Counted from the first letter of the stretch, positions 28,724-36,647 are shown. The stretch is DNA of 64,000 nt from Candidatus Bathyarchaeia archaeon (GCA_046760805.1 JBHIEV010000001.1:130-64129); one strand, 5' to 3'. Made by a program: numbers and translations. Notes: generated by a model not told the origin, from the letters alone.

Positions 28724-30394
28724 TCATTCTGTTGCGAATTTGCGGAGTTTCTCTTCGAAAATTGTCCTGCCTGGAAAGCCGAGTGACGATGCGTAGGTGT
28801 TGAAGTCCACTGCGTTCTTTCCGTTTTTGACTGCGAGTTCTTGGAGTTCCCTTAAAGCCTCTCCTGCCATAGAGTAGCATGGCGCATAGCCAACCATGGA
28901 AAGGAAGAAGAATGTCTGGTCGTAGATTTTCTTCTCGCTTATTCCTGTCTCTTTGCTCGCCCACGCGACAAAATCGGCCACACTCTGTTTTCCTATGTTG
29001 AGTCTGGAGTCGAAGATTGCGCGTAGAAACCTTACCATGCGCCATTGGAGCATGACATATTCGTTTTCTAGGATCATCGTTTCGTCGTCTCCGTCGCCTC
29101 TAAGGATTTCGAGTAGTCTCGTCTGATTTTTGTCGAGGTCTCGGCGTTTCACCAGCTTTTTGAGTAGATTGACGAATTCGAGTTCTCTGTAGAATGAGAT
29201 TCCGTCTGATATGGGGTAGGAGAGATAGGTGTCTATGATGTCTAGAGGTGAAGGCTTGGCTTCGAATGCGGTTGAAGAGTTTGAGTAGTTGACGCAGTGT
29301 CCGTATTCTTCGTGGAGAATGAGTTGCATGAGGTCTGGGACGCTTGTTGCAGGTGAGCGTTTCTCGTCTGTTGTGACGAAGAAGATGTTGAAGGGTTTGT
29401 CTGTTGTCATGTTTAGGGGTGACATGGCTGCACTTGGTATGAAGCTTACGAGATAGGGTGGGGTTTCCATGATTCTTGTGTCATACTTGGGTGTGATTCT
29501 TACAATGTTTTTGTGGAACACCTGTTGTGCTATGGTTCTCAGATTCTTGACGAATTGGAGCACTTGAGACTTGGGCACGTTGCGTCTCCTAGTTATCTCT
29601 TCCCCAACCTTCTGAACGTCTGGGGGAACCCCATATTTCGCAGCCAATTTTGTTGTGGTTTCAATCAGTTTCGGTTGCCAGGTTCTCATCCATTTGAGAA
29701 CTTTCTTCTCGATCTCTTCAGCGGTTTCTGGGTAGTCGAACTGATCCTTCAGAATTCTTGGATAGATGGTTTTGTGACCTAAATTTCCGCCGTGTTTCTG
29801 GAGGATTGGAAAGACTTCTGTGAAATCGCCTTCCTTGATTCCCTCTACTGCGAAGGTTTTGAGGTAATCTTCTGCTTCTTTCAGGACTTTTTCAAGTTCG
29901 AGTTTGAGGGGCTGGTCTTTCGTCTCGGTTTTTATTGTGTTTACGATGCCTATGAGTCCGTCTGTCTTTTGTTTGGTTAATATTTTGACCTCGATTGGCC
30001 ATTTTCTTCTTGAGAGCCATGTGCGTGCCTGTTTCAGTGCCTCACAGGTGCAGGATGCGAGGGTTTTCATGTGTGTAAGATTGATTCCTTCTTTGACTAG
30101 GTGGTAGAAGAAGGCGTCGGTTGCGTCTGAGGGTACTCTATAGGGCTCGTAGAAGGTGATTTCCATGTAGATTGAATTTAAGAATTTTGTTTGGCCTTTA
30201 TCTTTTGTCTTCTTTTTGAGGTTCTCTATTCTCTTTTTGATCTTTTCAATCTTCTCTTCTGATGGTATGAGAATCTTGCCGGCGTATTCTTCGAGGCCTT
30301 GGGTGTAGGCTGTGCGGGGAAACGCTTCCTTCCAGACCTCGAATATCTCTCTTTCGATTGGCTTCATCTTCTTTAGAAGCGGGTTAATTCCCAA
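28724..30394 (-). CDS. hypothetical 556-aa protein, possibly a DUF885-like metallopeptidase fold
   Basis: Single candidate metal motif LHEEYGHCVNY (HExxGH). Length and helical Lys/Glu-rich N-half resemble DUF885 proteins. Weak call. Confidence 0.35.
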   Translation of the reverse strand: MGINPLLKKMKPIEREIFEVWKEAFPRTAYTQGLEEYAGKILIPSEEKIEKIKKRIENLKKKTKDKGQTKFLNSIYMEITFYEPYRVPSDATDAFFYHLVKEGINLTHMKTLASCTCEALKQARTWLSRRKWPIEVKILTKQKTDGLIGIVNTIKTETKDQPLKLELEKVLKEAEDYLKTFAVEGIKEGDFTEVFPILQKHGGNLGHKTIYPRILKDQFDYPETAEEIEKKVLKWMRTWQPKLIETTTKLAAKYGVPPDVQKVGEEITRRRNVPKSQVLQFVKNLRTIAQQVFHKNIVRITPKYDTRIMETPPYLVSFIPSAAMSPLNMTTDKPFNIFFVTTDEKRSPATSVPDLMQLILHEEYGHCVNYSNSSTAFEAKPSPLDIIDTYLSYPISDGISFYRELEFVNLLKKLVKRRDLDKNQTRLLEILRGDGDDETMILENEYVMLQWRMVRFLRAIFDSRLNIGKQSVADFVAWASKETGISEKKIYDQTFFFLSMVGYAPCYSMAGEALRELQELAVKNGKNAVDFNTYASSLGFPGRTIFEEKLRKFATE

Positions 30395-30585
30395 ATTTTG
30401 AATCCTCGTGTCCTTTGTATGCTTCAGTTACTATTTAAATCGCACTTTGCGGAGGCGATGTTGCTCTTGAGTTGCAGTGGGTTTATTATGTGGGCGAAGA
30501 AAGATAGAAAGAAGGACCGTTGAGGTTGAGACGAGTTTCCAGAGTGATGAGAGTGGCGTGTTGAGCTATGTGAGGGGTGTAGGTC

Positions 30586-31581
30586 TTGTTTCCCATTCAT
30601 GATGAGAATAGGCCTACGATTAGGCCTTACGTGAATTATGGTCTTTTGTTGATTAATACAGTGGTCTTCTTTTTCTTTCTTTTCCAGGGATGGGGAGCTC
30701 TGGGAAACGGAATCATGGTTTTCGGATCTACCCCAAGCGATATTGTCCAAGGAAGGAATCTATGGACGCTCTTCACTAGCATGTTCATGCACGCTGATAT
30801 TATGCATCTTTTTGGAAATATGATCTATCTTTGGGTTTTCGGGGATAATATTGAGGATGCTCTCGGTCATGCGAAATATCTCATTTTCTATCTGTTGGGT
30901 GGCTTAGCCGCTAGTTTCGTTCATATAGCTTCTGTGTTTGCGTCTCTGCCGCTCTTGATACGTGTACCACGGTATTTGAACCCCGCTGGAATACCATCCG
31001 TCGGGGCTTCTGGAGCGATCTCTGCTGTTCTGGGAGCCTACATACTCCTTTATCCGAGGGCGAGAATTAGAACGATAGTTTTCTATTTTCTTATTCAGAT
31101 TGTGACTGTGCCCGCGCTTTACTATTTGGGGTTCTGGTTTTTCTATCAGCTGTTGATGGGTTTCTTCTCTCTGACTGGGTTGTCTTCGGGGGTGGCTTTC
31201 TGGGCTCACATTGGTGGCTTTGTGGCTGGATTGGTTATAGTGAAGGTTTTTGGGGTGAGGCCTAGGCCGAGGCGGGGCGGTACAGTTAGAAGGGAGCCAG
31301 TCAGGCCTTTGTATGTAAGTCCTGAGTTCAGGTCTCCCCTCGTGGATGTTGTGGTGGAAGGGGATAGGGTGCGGGTTGTGGCTGAGTTGCCTGGGGTGGA
31401 GGAAGAGGATGTGGAGGTTAGGGTGGCTGGTCGGGAGGTGGTGATTTTGGCTGAGCGTGGGGAGATAGGGTATTATAAGCGGGTTTTGTTGCCTTTTATG
31501 GTGTCTCCTCAGGTTGAGTATTTCGATTTTAAGAATGGGGTGCTGAGCTTCGTGCTCTACAGAAGCGTGTGGAGCATCTGA
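30586..31581 (+). CDS. rhomboid-family intramembrane serine protease fused to a C-terminal Hsp20/alpha-crystallin-like domain
   Basis: Rhomboid motifs HADIMHLFGNM, GASGAISAVLGAY (GxSG) and HIGGFVAG. C-terminal roughly 85 aa PLVDVVVEGDRVRVVAELPGVEEEDVEVRVAG...YKRVLLPF...NGVLSFVL matches the ACD pattern. TTG start. Confidence 0.8.
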   Translation: MFPIHDENRPTIRPYVNYGLLLINTVVFFFFLFQGWGALGNGIMVFGSTPSDIVQGRNLWTLFTSMFMHADIMHLFGNMIYLWVFGDNIEDALGHAKYLIFYLLGGLAASFVHIASVFASLPLLIRVPRYLNPAGIPSVGASGAISAVLGAYILLYPRARIRTIVFYFLIQIVTVPALYYLGFWFFYQLLMGFFSLTGLSSGVAFWAHIGGFVAGLVIVKVFGVRPRPRRGGTVRREPVRPLYVSPEFRSPLVDVVVEGDRVRVVAELPGVEEEDVEVRVAGREVVILAERGEIGYYKRVLLPFMVSPQVEYFDFKNGVLSFVLYRSVWSI

Positions 31582-31642
31582 TGGGGCGCTATAGTGCAGA
31601 TGCCAGATTTCGTGTTTTGCGCAGACTGGGCTCTGATTTAGG

Positions 31643-32848
31643 TTACTTCTTGCTTATTGTGAGGGACTCGAGGTCTCTTGGATAATATGTTATAATCTCT
31701 GCTCCGTCTTGGGTTATGACGACGGTGTCTGAGTGTCTGAATCCTGCGTATCCTGGTTTGTATATGCCTGGTTCGCAGCTGAAGACCATGCCTGGCTTCA
31801 TGATGGTGTCGTCGCCTATGTCTAGCCATGGTGGTTCGTGTCCTTCTAGGCCTAGTCCGTGGCCTGTGTGGTGTCTTATGAGGTCTTTGTAGCCCGCTTT
31901 TTCGATGGCCTTTCTTGCTGCCTTATCGACGTCGCTGCACTTTGCTCCTGGCTTATATGCTTCTAGGGCAGCATTCTGAGCCTTGAGCATAGCTTCGAAG
32001 AATCTTCTCTGTTTTTCGGTTGGTTCTCCTATGATCATGGTTCTTTCGAGTTCGCTGCTGTATCCGCCTATGTCTGCTCCTGCTCCGGTTATGACTATGT
32101 CTCCTTCTCTGATGGTTCTTTTGGTGCTGATTGCGTGGGGTATGGCTGACATTGGGCCGACTTGTCCTCTGAAGCCTGCAGCTGCTGGGCATAGTCCTCG
32201 TTTGCACGGTTCGTATTCTGGGCCTAGAGCTTTCTTCATGATCATTGATGCCTCGTAGGAGGCTGTTATTGCTATGTCAGCGTCCCATAAGCCGGGTTCC
32301 GTGTATTCTTGGAGGAGTGTGTGTGCTAGGTTTGCCCATTTGGCGCTTTCTTTGAGGAGTTCGATTTCCTCTTTTGATTTTATTATTCGCATTTTTTCGA
32401 CTATGTCTTTTGCTTCTATGAATTTGGTTTTGGGTAGTTTTTCTGTTATTGATGGTCCTTTGTAGCCCCATATCCCTGCTGCTCCTGCTGGGTTGTCTAT
32501 GCCTATTTTCTTCTTTTCTAGTTCCAGCTCTTTTAGGAATGTGGCGAAGTGGTCGATGGGATGTTTTTCTCCGGGGTAGTCTGGGTAGGTTTTGATGTTT
32601 TTTATTAGAGTGGTTTTGAGTGGGATGTGGTCTTTTTCTAGGTGGGGTCCCATGAAGGTTATTTCTTGCTCTAGGGGGATGATGAGTGCGGCTGGTCTTT
32701 CTGTTGGGATGTAGGAGTAGCCTGTGAGGTAGAGGAAGCTTGTGCCGCTGGTCAGGTATAGTGCGTCTAGTTTTCTCTTGGCCAGTTCGTTCCTAACCTT
32801 CTCGATTCTTCCCTTGTATTCTTTCTCGCTGATGGCTATTTTTGTCAT
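31643..32848 (-). CDS. M24-family Xaa-Pro peptidase (creatinase/prolidase fold)
   Basis: HHTGHGLGLEGHEPP and FSCEPGIY motifs. Start moved to MTKIAISEKEY (ATG 32848). The track ORF runs to 32905. Confidence 0.85.
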   Translation of the reverse strand: MTKIAISEKEYKGRIEKVRNELAKRKLDALYLTSGTSFLYLTGYSYIPTERPAALIIPLEQEITFMGPHLEKDHIPLKTTLIKNIKTYPDYPGEKHPIDHFATFLKELELEKKKIGIDNPAGAAGIWGYKGPSITEKLPKTKFIEAKDIVEKMRIIKSKEEIELLKESAKWANLAHTLLQEYTEPGLWDADIAITASYEASMIMKKALGPEYEPCKRGLCPAAAGFRGQVGPMSAIPHAISTKRTIREGDIVITGAGADIGGYSSELERTMIIGEPTEKQRRFFEAMLKAQNAALEAYKPGAKCSDVDKAARKAIEKAGYKDLIRHHTGHGLGLEGHEPPWLDIGDDTIMKPGMVFSCEPGIYKPGYAGFRHSDTVVITQDGAEIITYYPRDLESLTISKK

Positions 32849-32915
32849 AGAAACGCATCTCACTCTATATGGTTGAGTATCACTCATTTTTATGGTTGTA
32901 GGCATAAAGATTTAG

Positions 32916-32945
32916 TGGCGCCCAGGGATTGGATCCAAACCTACG
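32916..32945. repeat. degenerate tRNA-3'-half-like fragment (TGGCGCC...GGATCCAAACC)
   Basis: Resembles the minus-strand tRNA-Ser 3' end (TGGCGCCGGGAATGGGATTCGAACC) with indels. Does not fold as an intact T-arm. Confidence 0.3.
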
Positions 32946-32969
32946 TTTAAATCCTTGTTCTAGGACTTG

Positions 32970-33248
32970 ATGAAAGATGGCGAAAGATGGCTTAGTGTGG
33001 AAGAAAAAGCCTTAAGACTGTGGTTTGATCCTGAAGGGGGCCTTCTCGAAATAGGACAGACAAGACCTGCGAAAGGATTTTTCAGAGATGTTGGCAACGA
33101 TATATTCGTTAGGGTGGATCATGAGGGACATATAACGGGCTTCGTCGTGCTCAATGCGACTAAAAGAATGGCAAGAATAAGAGAGGTAAAGCTTCCTGTG
33201 AAAGCAACTTTTTCTAGAGCAGAAGAACGAAACATCCCAACTTCTTAA
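32970..33248 (+). CDS. DUF2283-like small protein
   Basis: LRLWFDPEGGLLEIG...VRVDHEGHITGFVVLNA matches the DUF2283 pattern. The true start may be the internal GTG (EEKALRLWF...). Confidence 0.5.
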   Translation: MKDGERWLSVEEKALRLWFDPEGGLLEIGQTRPAKGFFRDVGNDIFVRVDHEGHITGFVVLNATKRMARIREVKLPVKATFSRAEERNIPTS

Positions 33249-33260
33249 GAAATAACCGAC

Positions 33261-33271
33261 TTTGGTGCCGG
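33261..33271. repeat. partial copy of the tRNA-Ser 3' end (tttggtgccgg, 10/11 match)
   Basis: Matches tttggcgccgg with one mismatch. The downstream AGGTTCACA also resembles the AGGTTTACA that follows the 33498 copy. Confidence 0.4.
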
Positions 33272-33497
33272 TTTAGGTTCACACATAGTTTATAATCCAT
33301 TCAATTTTTTATCGAATGTTCTGTCTTCCAGCCAAGTGCACATCACCATCTCGAACTTTCCCTTGAACGCGATTAAATGCCAAAGCGTGCATTGTTCCAT
33401 TCTATTGATTCTAACCAAGTGAAAACCGCTCATAAATTGGTACGACGTAATTGTGAGGCCCCCCGCGTAACCTGGGGTTTAAACGTAGTTTGAGTAG

Positions 33498-33512
33498 TTT
33501 GGCGCCGGGAAT
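33498..33512. repeat. 15-bp exact direct repeat of the tRNA-Ser 3' end (att-like)
   Basis: tttggcgccgggaat is identical to 34086..34100, which covers CCA, discriminator, 3' acceptor strand and 2 nt of the T-stem of the minus-strand tRNA. Confidence 0.7.
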
Positions 33513-33602
33513 CAGGTTTACATCCCGGTTTGAATTCTCGGCGAATCTAAAATCCTAGAACGTAAGCTTTCAGTAAGTATTTTATGTTCAGCGCTGAAGA
33601 AG

Positions 33603-33860
33603 ATGTATGGAATAGGAATGGCAGTTGACTACACAGAGCATGCGACATTTCGGATGAGGCAGAGAACAATATCAAAAGCCAATGTTGAGGTCGCCATTCG
33701 AAACCCGGGTGTCAGTTTTATTACGCATTTTGGTAGATCTGTTGCATTCAAGAAGTACTGTGACAAGTTTCTCAAGGTAGTTTACGAAAAGAGCAACGAT
33801 AAAATAACATTGTTGCAGTTTATTGGACGAGGAGACTGCAGCGAAGATGATAAGAGTTGA
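33603..33860 (+). CDS. DUF4258-family putative toxin
   Basis: 85 aa. YTEHATFRMRQRTISKANVEVAI matches the DUF4258 N-terminal pattern. Confidence 0.6.
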   Translation: MYGIGMAVDYTEHATFRMRQRTISKANVEVAIRNPGVSFITHFGRSVAFKKYCDKFLKVVYEKSNDKITLLQFIGRGDCSEDDKS

Positions 33861-34065
33861 GTACGACTCAAAGGCTGACGCAATGTATATCTGGCTTAGG
33901 AAAGCCAGATATGAAATTAGCGAAGAGCTTGCGGAAAACGTTATCATAGATCTTGACAAACGTGGGCGCATAATTGGGATAGAGATCCTTGATGTATCGA
34001 AAAACTTGGGAAAGCAACTGGTGAACAAGATACTAACTACGGAAAAGTTGGCTGTAACGGGTTAA
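33847..34065 (+). CDS. DUF2283-family putative antitoxin
   Basis: MIRVEYDSKADAMYIWL...DLDKRGRIIGIEILDVSK. ATG 33847 overlaps the upstream stop (ATGATAAGAGTTGA). Confidence 0.65.
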   Translation: MIRVEYDSKADAMYIWLRKARYEISEELAENVIIDLDKRGRIIGIEILDVSKNLGKQLVNKILTTEKLAVTG

Positions 34066-34087
34066 CTTGATTGAAGGAACCATATTT

Positions 34088-34175
34088 TGGCGCCGGGAAT
34101 GGGATTCGAACCCATGCGGTCCAACGGGACCACAGGCTCTCAAGGCCTGCGCATTATCCACTCTGCCATCCCGGC
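34088..34175 (-). tRNA. tRNA-Ser (anticodon UGA), CCA encoded
   Basis: Hand-folded cloverleaf. Acceptor GCCGGGA/TCCCGGC, anticodon stem CAGGC/GCCTG with loop CTTGAGA, long variable arm GGTCC-CGTT-GGACC, T-arm ATGGG-TTCGAAT-CCCAT, discriminator G, then CCA. Confidence 0.9.
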
Positions 34176-34198
34176 ATGATTTCACTGACTACGCTTTG

Positions 34199-34212
34199 TC
34201 TTAAACCTTTTT
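34199..34212 (-). promoter_or_regulatory. BRE/TATA-like element (AAAAAGGTTTAAGA on the minus strand) for tRNA-Ser
   Basis: TTTAAGA is centred about 27 nt upstream of the tRNA 5' end and is preceded by a purine-rich tract. Confidence 0.45.
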
Positions 34213-34383
34213 ACCTTCCAGCGAATGATGAGGGATGATTTATGGGGGTAAAAGACAGTGAAATTTATTCTAAAGATGGTCGCAGAAATGTTGGTCAATT
34301 CTTCAGCTTTGCGCGTGCGGGGTATATGATAATTTTCTATGATTAGTTTCTGGAGTTTTGGTCTAGAAAACCTTAAAAACATT

Positions 34384-34397
34384 CAGATATATATCTG
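34384..34397. promoter_or_regulatory. 14-bp perfect palindrome CAGATATATATCTG (TATA-like)
   Basis: Ends 26 nt upstream of the TTG start at 34423. Consistent with a promoter for a near-leaderless transcript. Confidence 0.4.
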
Positions 34398-34422
34398 TTA
34401 AATACTCTTCGGAAGTGGGTTC

Positions 34423-34689
34423 TTGCAGAGAAGTCGATGGGACATTATGGCGAGGGTTCTATTTGTTGCGAAGTGCCCTGAGTCAAAGACTCACCTTATG
34501 TATGGGGCTAATCTCAGCTTCAGGCAGCTTGAGAAGTATCTGGAGTTTCTTCTTGATAGGGACCTTTTGAGAGTATCAGAGAGCGAGAGTAAGAATCCAA
34601 AGTTGTACATAATCACAGAGAAGGGTCTATCTTTTCTTAAGGCCTATCATGAATTGAAAGAGATTATTGGAGAGAAGAAGCGTTCCTAG
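34423..34689 (+). CDS. small winged-helix protein (COG3432-like archaeal regulator)
   Basis: 88 aa. THLMYGANLSFRQLEKYLEFLLDRDLL...ITEKGLSFLKAY. Paralogous to 35748..36110. Confidence 0.55.
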   Translation: MQRSRWDIMARVLFVAKCPESKTHLMYGANLSFRQLEKYLEFLLDRDLLRVSESESKNPKLYIITEKGLSFLKAYHELKEIIGEKKRS

Positions 34690-34901
34690 CACGTTTGGTC
34701 TTCGTTGAGGAATTTCATCAGTGAAGGTGTGACCTTCACCTTTTCATGTTTGGGATCATAATCTATGAAGTTGTAATTGGTTAAGAATTCGAGAATCTTG
34801 TTGGTTTGGGATTGTGGTAGTTTCGTCTTCTTGATAATGTCCTCTAGGGTGTGCCACTGATCGTCTTTTATTAGGCTTACGACTTCGTCGATTTCCCGCA
34901 A
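34686..34901 (-). CDS. small winged-helix-like protein
   Basis: 71 aa. WHTLEDIIKKTKLPQSQTNKILEFLTNYNFIDYD resembles a wHTH recognition unit. Confidence 0.45.
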   Translation of the reverse strand: MREIDEVVSLIKDDQWHTLEDIIKKTKLPQSQTNKILEFLTNYNFIDYDPKHEKVKVTPSLMKFLNEDQTC

Positions 34902-34983
34902 GGTTGTCAGATCCTTTTGAGAGCATTTCTAGTTGTGGAAATAAAGGCTTTGTGAAATTTCCTTTTATAACAAAGCGGGTTGT

Positions 34984-35187
34984 CTTCTAGAAGAATAGAG
35001 AAGAGTTATAGAACACTGTTCTTGAAGTTAGTGTTTTGGCAGTTTATAGATTTGAAGTATAGAAGAATTGTATGAAATTCTAGAAAAAAGGCACATATCT
35101 TCTGCCTAGAAGAACTCTTCTGAGTTCTTAAATATGTGAAGAGGTTAACTAGGCTAAAGATCGTGTCTGAGCTTCTCGAAGAGAAGC
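34984..35187. promoter_or_regulatory. cluster of CTTCT/AGAAG-based palindromes in a divergent intergenic region (candidate operators)
   Basis: Five palindromes: CTTCTAGAAG (34984-34993), TTCTAGAA (35078-35085), AGAAGA-AC-TCTTCT (35108-35121), AGAACTC-TTCT-GAGTTCT (35111-35128) and GCTTCTC-GAA-GAGAAGC (35171-35187). Confidence 0.45.
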
Positions 35188-35221
35188 GAGTGTACTTATC
35201 CGCTCCCGATCATGGAGGGAT

Positions 35222-35626
35222 TTGATAGTGGATGGTAGAGAATGGAGAGAGTTCGTGGATAGTCTGAGAGCTTGTTGGAGGCTTTTGTGGCAGCATAGGA
35301 TAGATGATAGAGTGAGGGCTGAGGGCATTGCCAGTGAGGATTACGATTTGTTGTTTGTTGATAAGGGAACTGTTATAGTGGCTACTAGGGATTATAAGCC
35401 TCCTAATTTCAGGGAGATTTTGGAGCAGCATGCGGAGGATAGGCAAGCAGGTAGGGTTGAGGATCCAAATCCTGTCGTGGGTGGTTGGGGAAAGTTTGTG
35501 CGGGAGGTCATAGGTAGGCAAGAGAGGTTTACGAAGGGTGGTAGGCTGATTCCTTCTGAGCCTGAGAAAAAGAAGCAACAGCTTAAGAAAGGTGGGAAGG
35601 GCTGGCTTCACGTTAGAATGAGATGA
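35222..35626 (+). CDS. hypothetical protein (Arg/Trp-rich, basic C-terminus)
   Basis: 134-aa ORF. Preferred over the antisense 154-aa ORF, which is low-complexity Pro/Thr/Leu. No motif recognised. Confidence 0.35.
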   Translation: MIVDGREWREFVDSLRACWRLLWQHRIDDRVRAEGIASEDYDLLFVDKGTVIVATRDYKPPNFREILEQHAEDRQAGRVEDPNPVVGGWGKFVREVIGRQERFTKGGRLIPSEPEKKKQQLKKGGKGWLHVRMR

Positions 35627-35747
35627 ATGGTTGTTCTTCTTTTCGATTTTTGGCTGTGTGTGCTTTGTGTACAAGAATTGGTGAGTTTTAGTTATTTTTT
35701 TGTTGTTTTTGTGCTTGTTGTTGCTGGACGATTTGGTGTGGTTGTGG

Positions 35748-36110
35748 ATGGGTAGGTATAGGAGTAGGATGGAGATTGTTGCTGATATTCTATCTGTGGC
35801 TAGAGGTGGGGCTAAGAAGACGCAGATTATGTATCAGGCGAATTTGAGTTATAAGCTTTTGACTAGTTATTTGAAGTATGTTATTGATGTGGGGTTGGTG
35901 GGGATGGAGGATGGGGACATTTATCAGCTTACGGATAAGGGCTCGGATTTCCTTCAGGAGTTTAAGAGTTATTTTGAGCGTCGTGTGGAGGTTGAGGAGG
36001 AGTTGAGTAACGTACAAGATGAAAGGAAGCTGTTGGTGAATAGGTTTCTCAATGCGGGGAGGATGGGTGCTGGTTCGAAAAATCCGGCTGGCAAGAAGGG
36101 TGAGAAATAA
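35748..36110 (+). CDS. winged-helix protein (COG3432-like), paralog of 34423..34689
   Basis: RMEIVADILSVARGGAKKTQIMYQANLSYKLLTSYLKYVIDVGLV...LTDKGSDFLQEF. The start is placed at an internal ATG because the track ORF's first 16 codons are low-complexity. Confidence 0.55.
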   Translation: MGRYRSRMEIVADILSVARGGAKKTQIMYQANLSYKLLTSYLKYVIDVGLVGMEDGDIYQLTDKGSDFLQEFKSYFERRVEVEEELSNVQDERKLLVNRFLNAGRMGAGSKNPAGKKGEK

Positions 36111-36308
36111 GGAGGAGTGTGAGATGAATGATTCACAGTTTTCCCACGTTTTTGCCTCTCATCCGCAGTATAAGGAAAGAAAGGCCTAGATTAGGCTGAC
36201 AAGCCTAGCGTGTTATTTGACAAATTCGCGTACATTTTAGGAATTTAGGGACAAGGCAGCGCTCGTGCTTAAAAGAACTTATATAATTTCTTGTTCAGTC
36301 TTTAGGTT

Positions 36309-36647
36309 ATGCTCAAGATACATGAGGAGATGCTGGAAGGATTTAAGAGGTTAGATGCTACCGTCTTGGTCTACGGGTCCGTGGCCAAGGGGAGATCCAG
36401 AATAGATTCGGATATTGATGTAGCTGTGATAACGGAGAATCCAGAGGTGAAAGAGGAAGCTGAAAGACTTGCCGATGAGGTGTTGTTGGAACATGGAAGG
36501 GTTGTGAGTATAGTGTACTTCTCACCAGAAAGGTTCAAAAAGATGGTTGATAGGCCTTTCATTCGTGATGTTTTGAGTGGAGAGGTTTTGCATGATAGAG
36601 GAGACTTCATTAAAGGAGTTAGTAGAGGAAGAGCTTCAATCAGCTAA
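36309..36647 (+). CDS. minimal nucleotidyltransferase (MNT), HEPN-partner antitoxin type
   Basis: 112 aa. VLVYGSVAKGRSRIDSDIDVAV (GS...DxD NTase motif). Confidence 0.8.
   Translation: MLKIHEEMLEGFKRLDATVLVYGSVAKGRSRIDSDIDVAVITENPEVKEEAERLADEVLLEHGRVVSIVYFSPERFKKMVDRPFIRDVLSGEVLHDRGDFIKGVSRGRASIS

Noticed and set aside
33441-33540. Possible structured RNA. CCGGGA...TCCCGG forms a 6-bp stem at 33505-33528 and there is a weak CCCC/GGGG stem upstream.
   Set aside because: The first stem arm is part of the duplicated tRNA acceptor sequence, so it is best explained as an att-scar by-product. There is no covariation or known ncRNA motif.
34182-34382. 66-aa minus-strand ORF immediately upstream of tRNA-Ser.
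   Set aside because: It overlaps the predicted tRNA promoter and has a basic low-complexity sequence with no motif. It is likely spurious.
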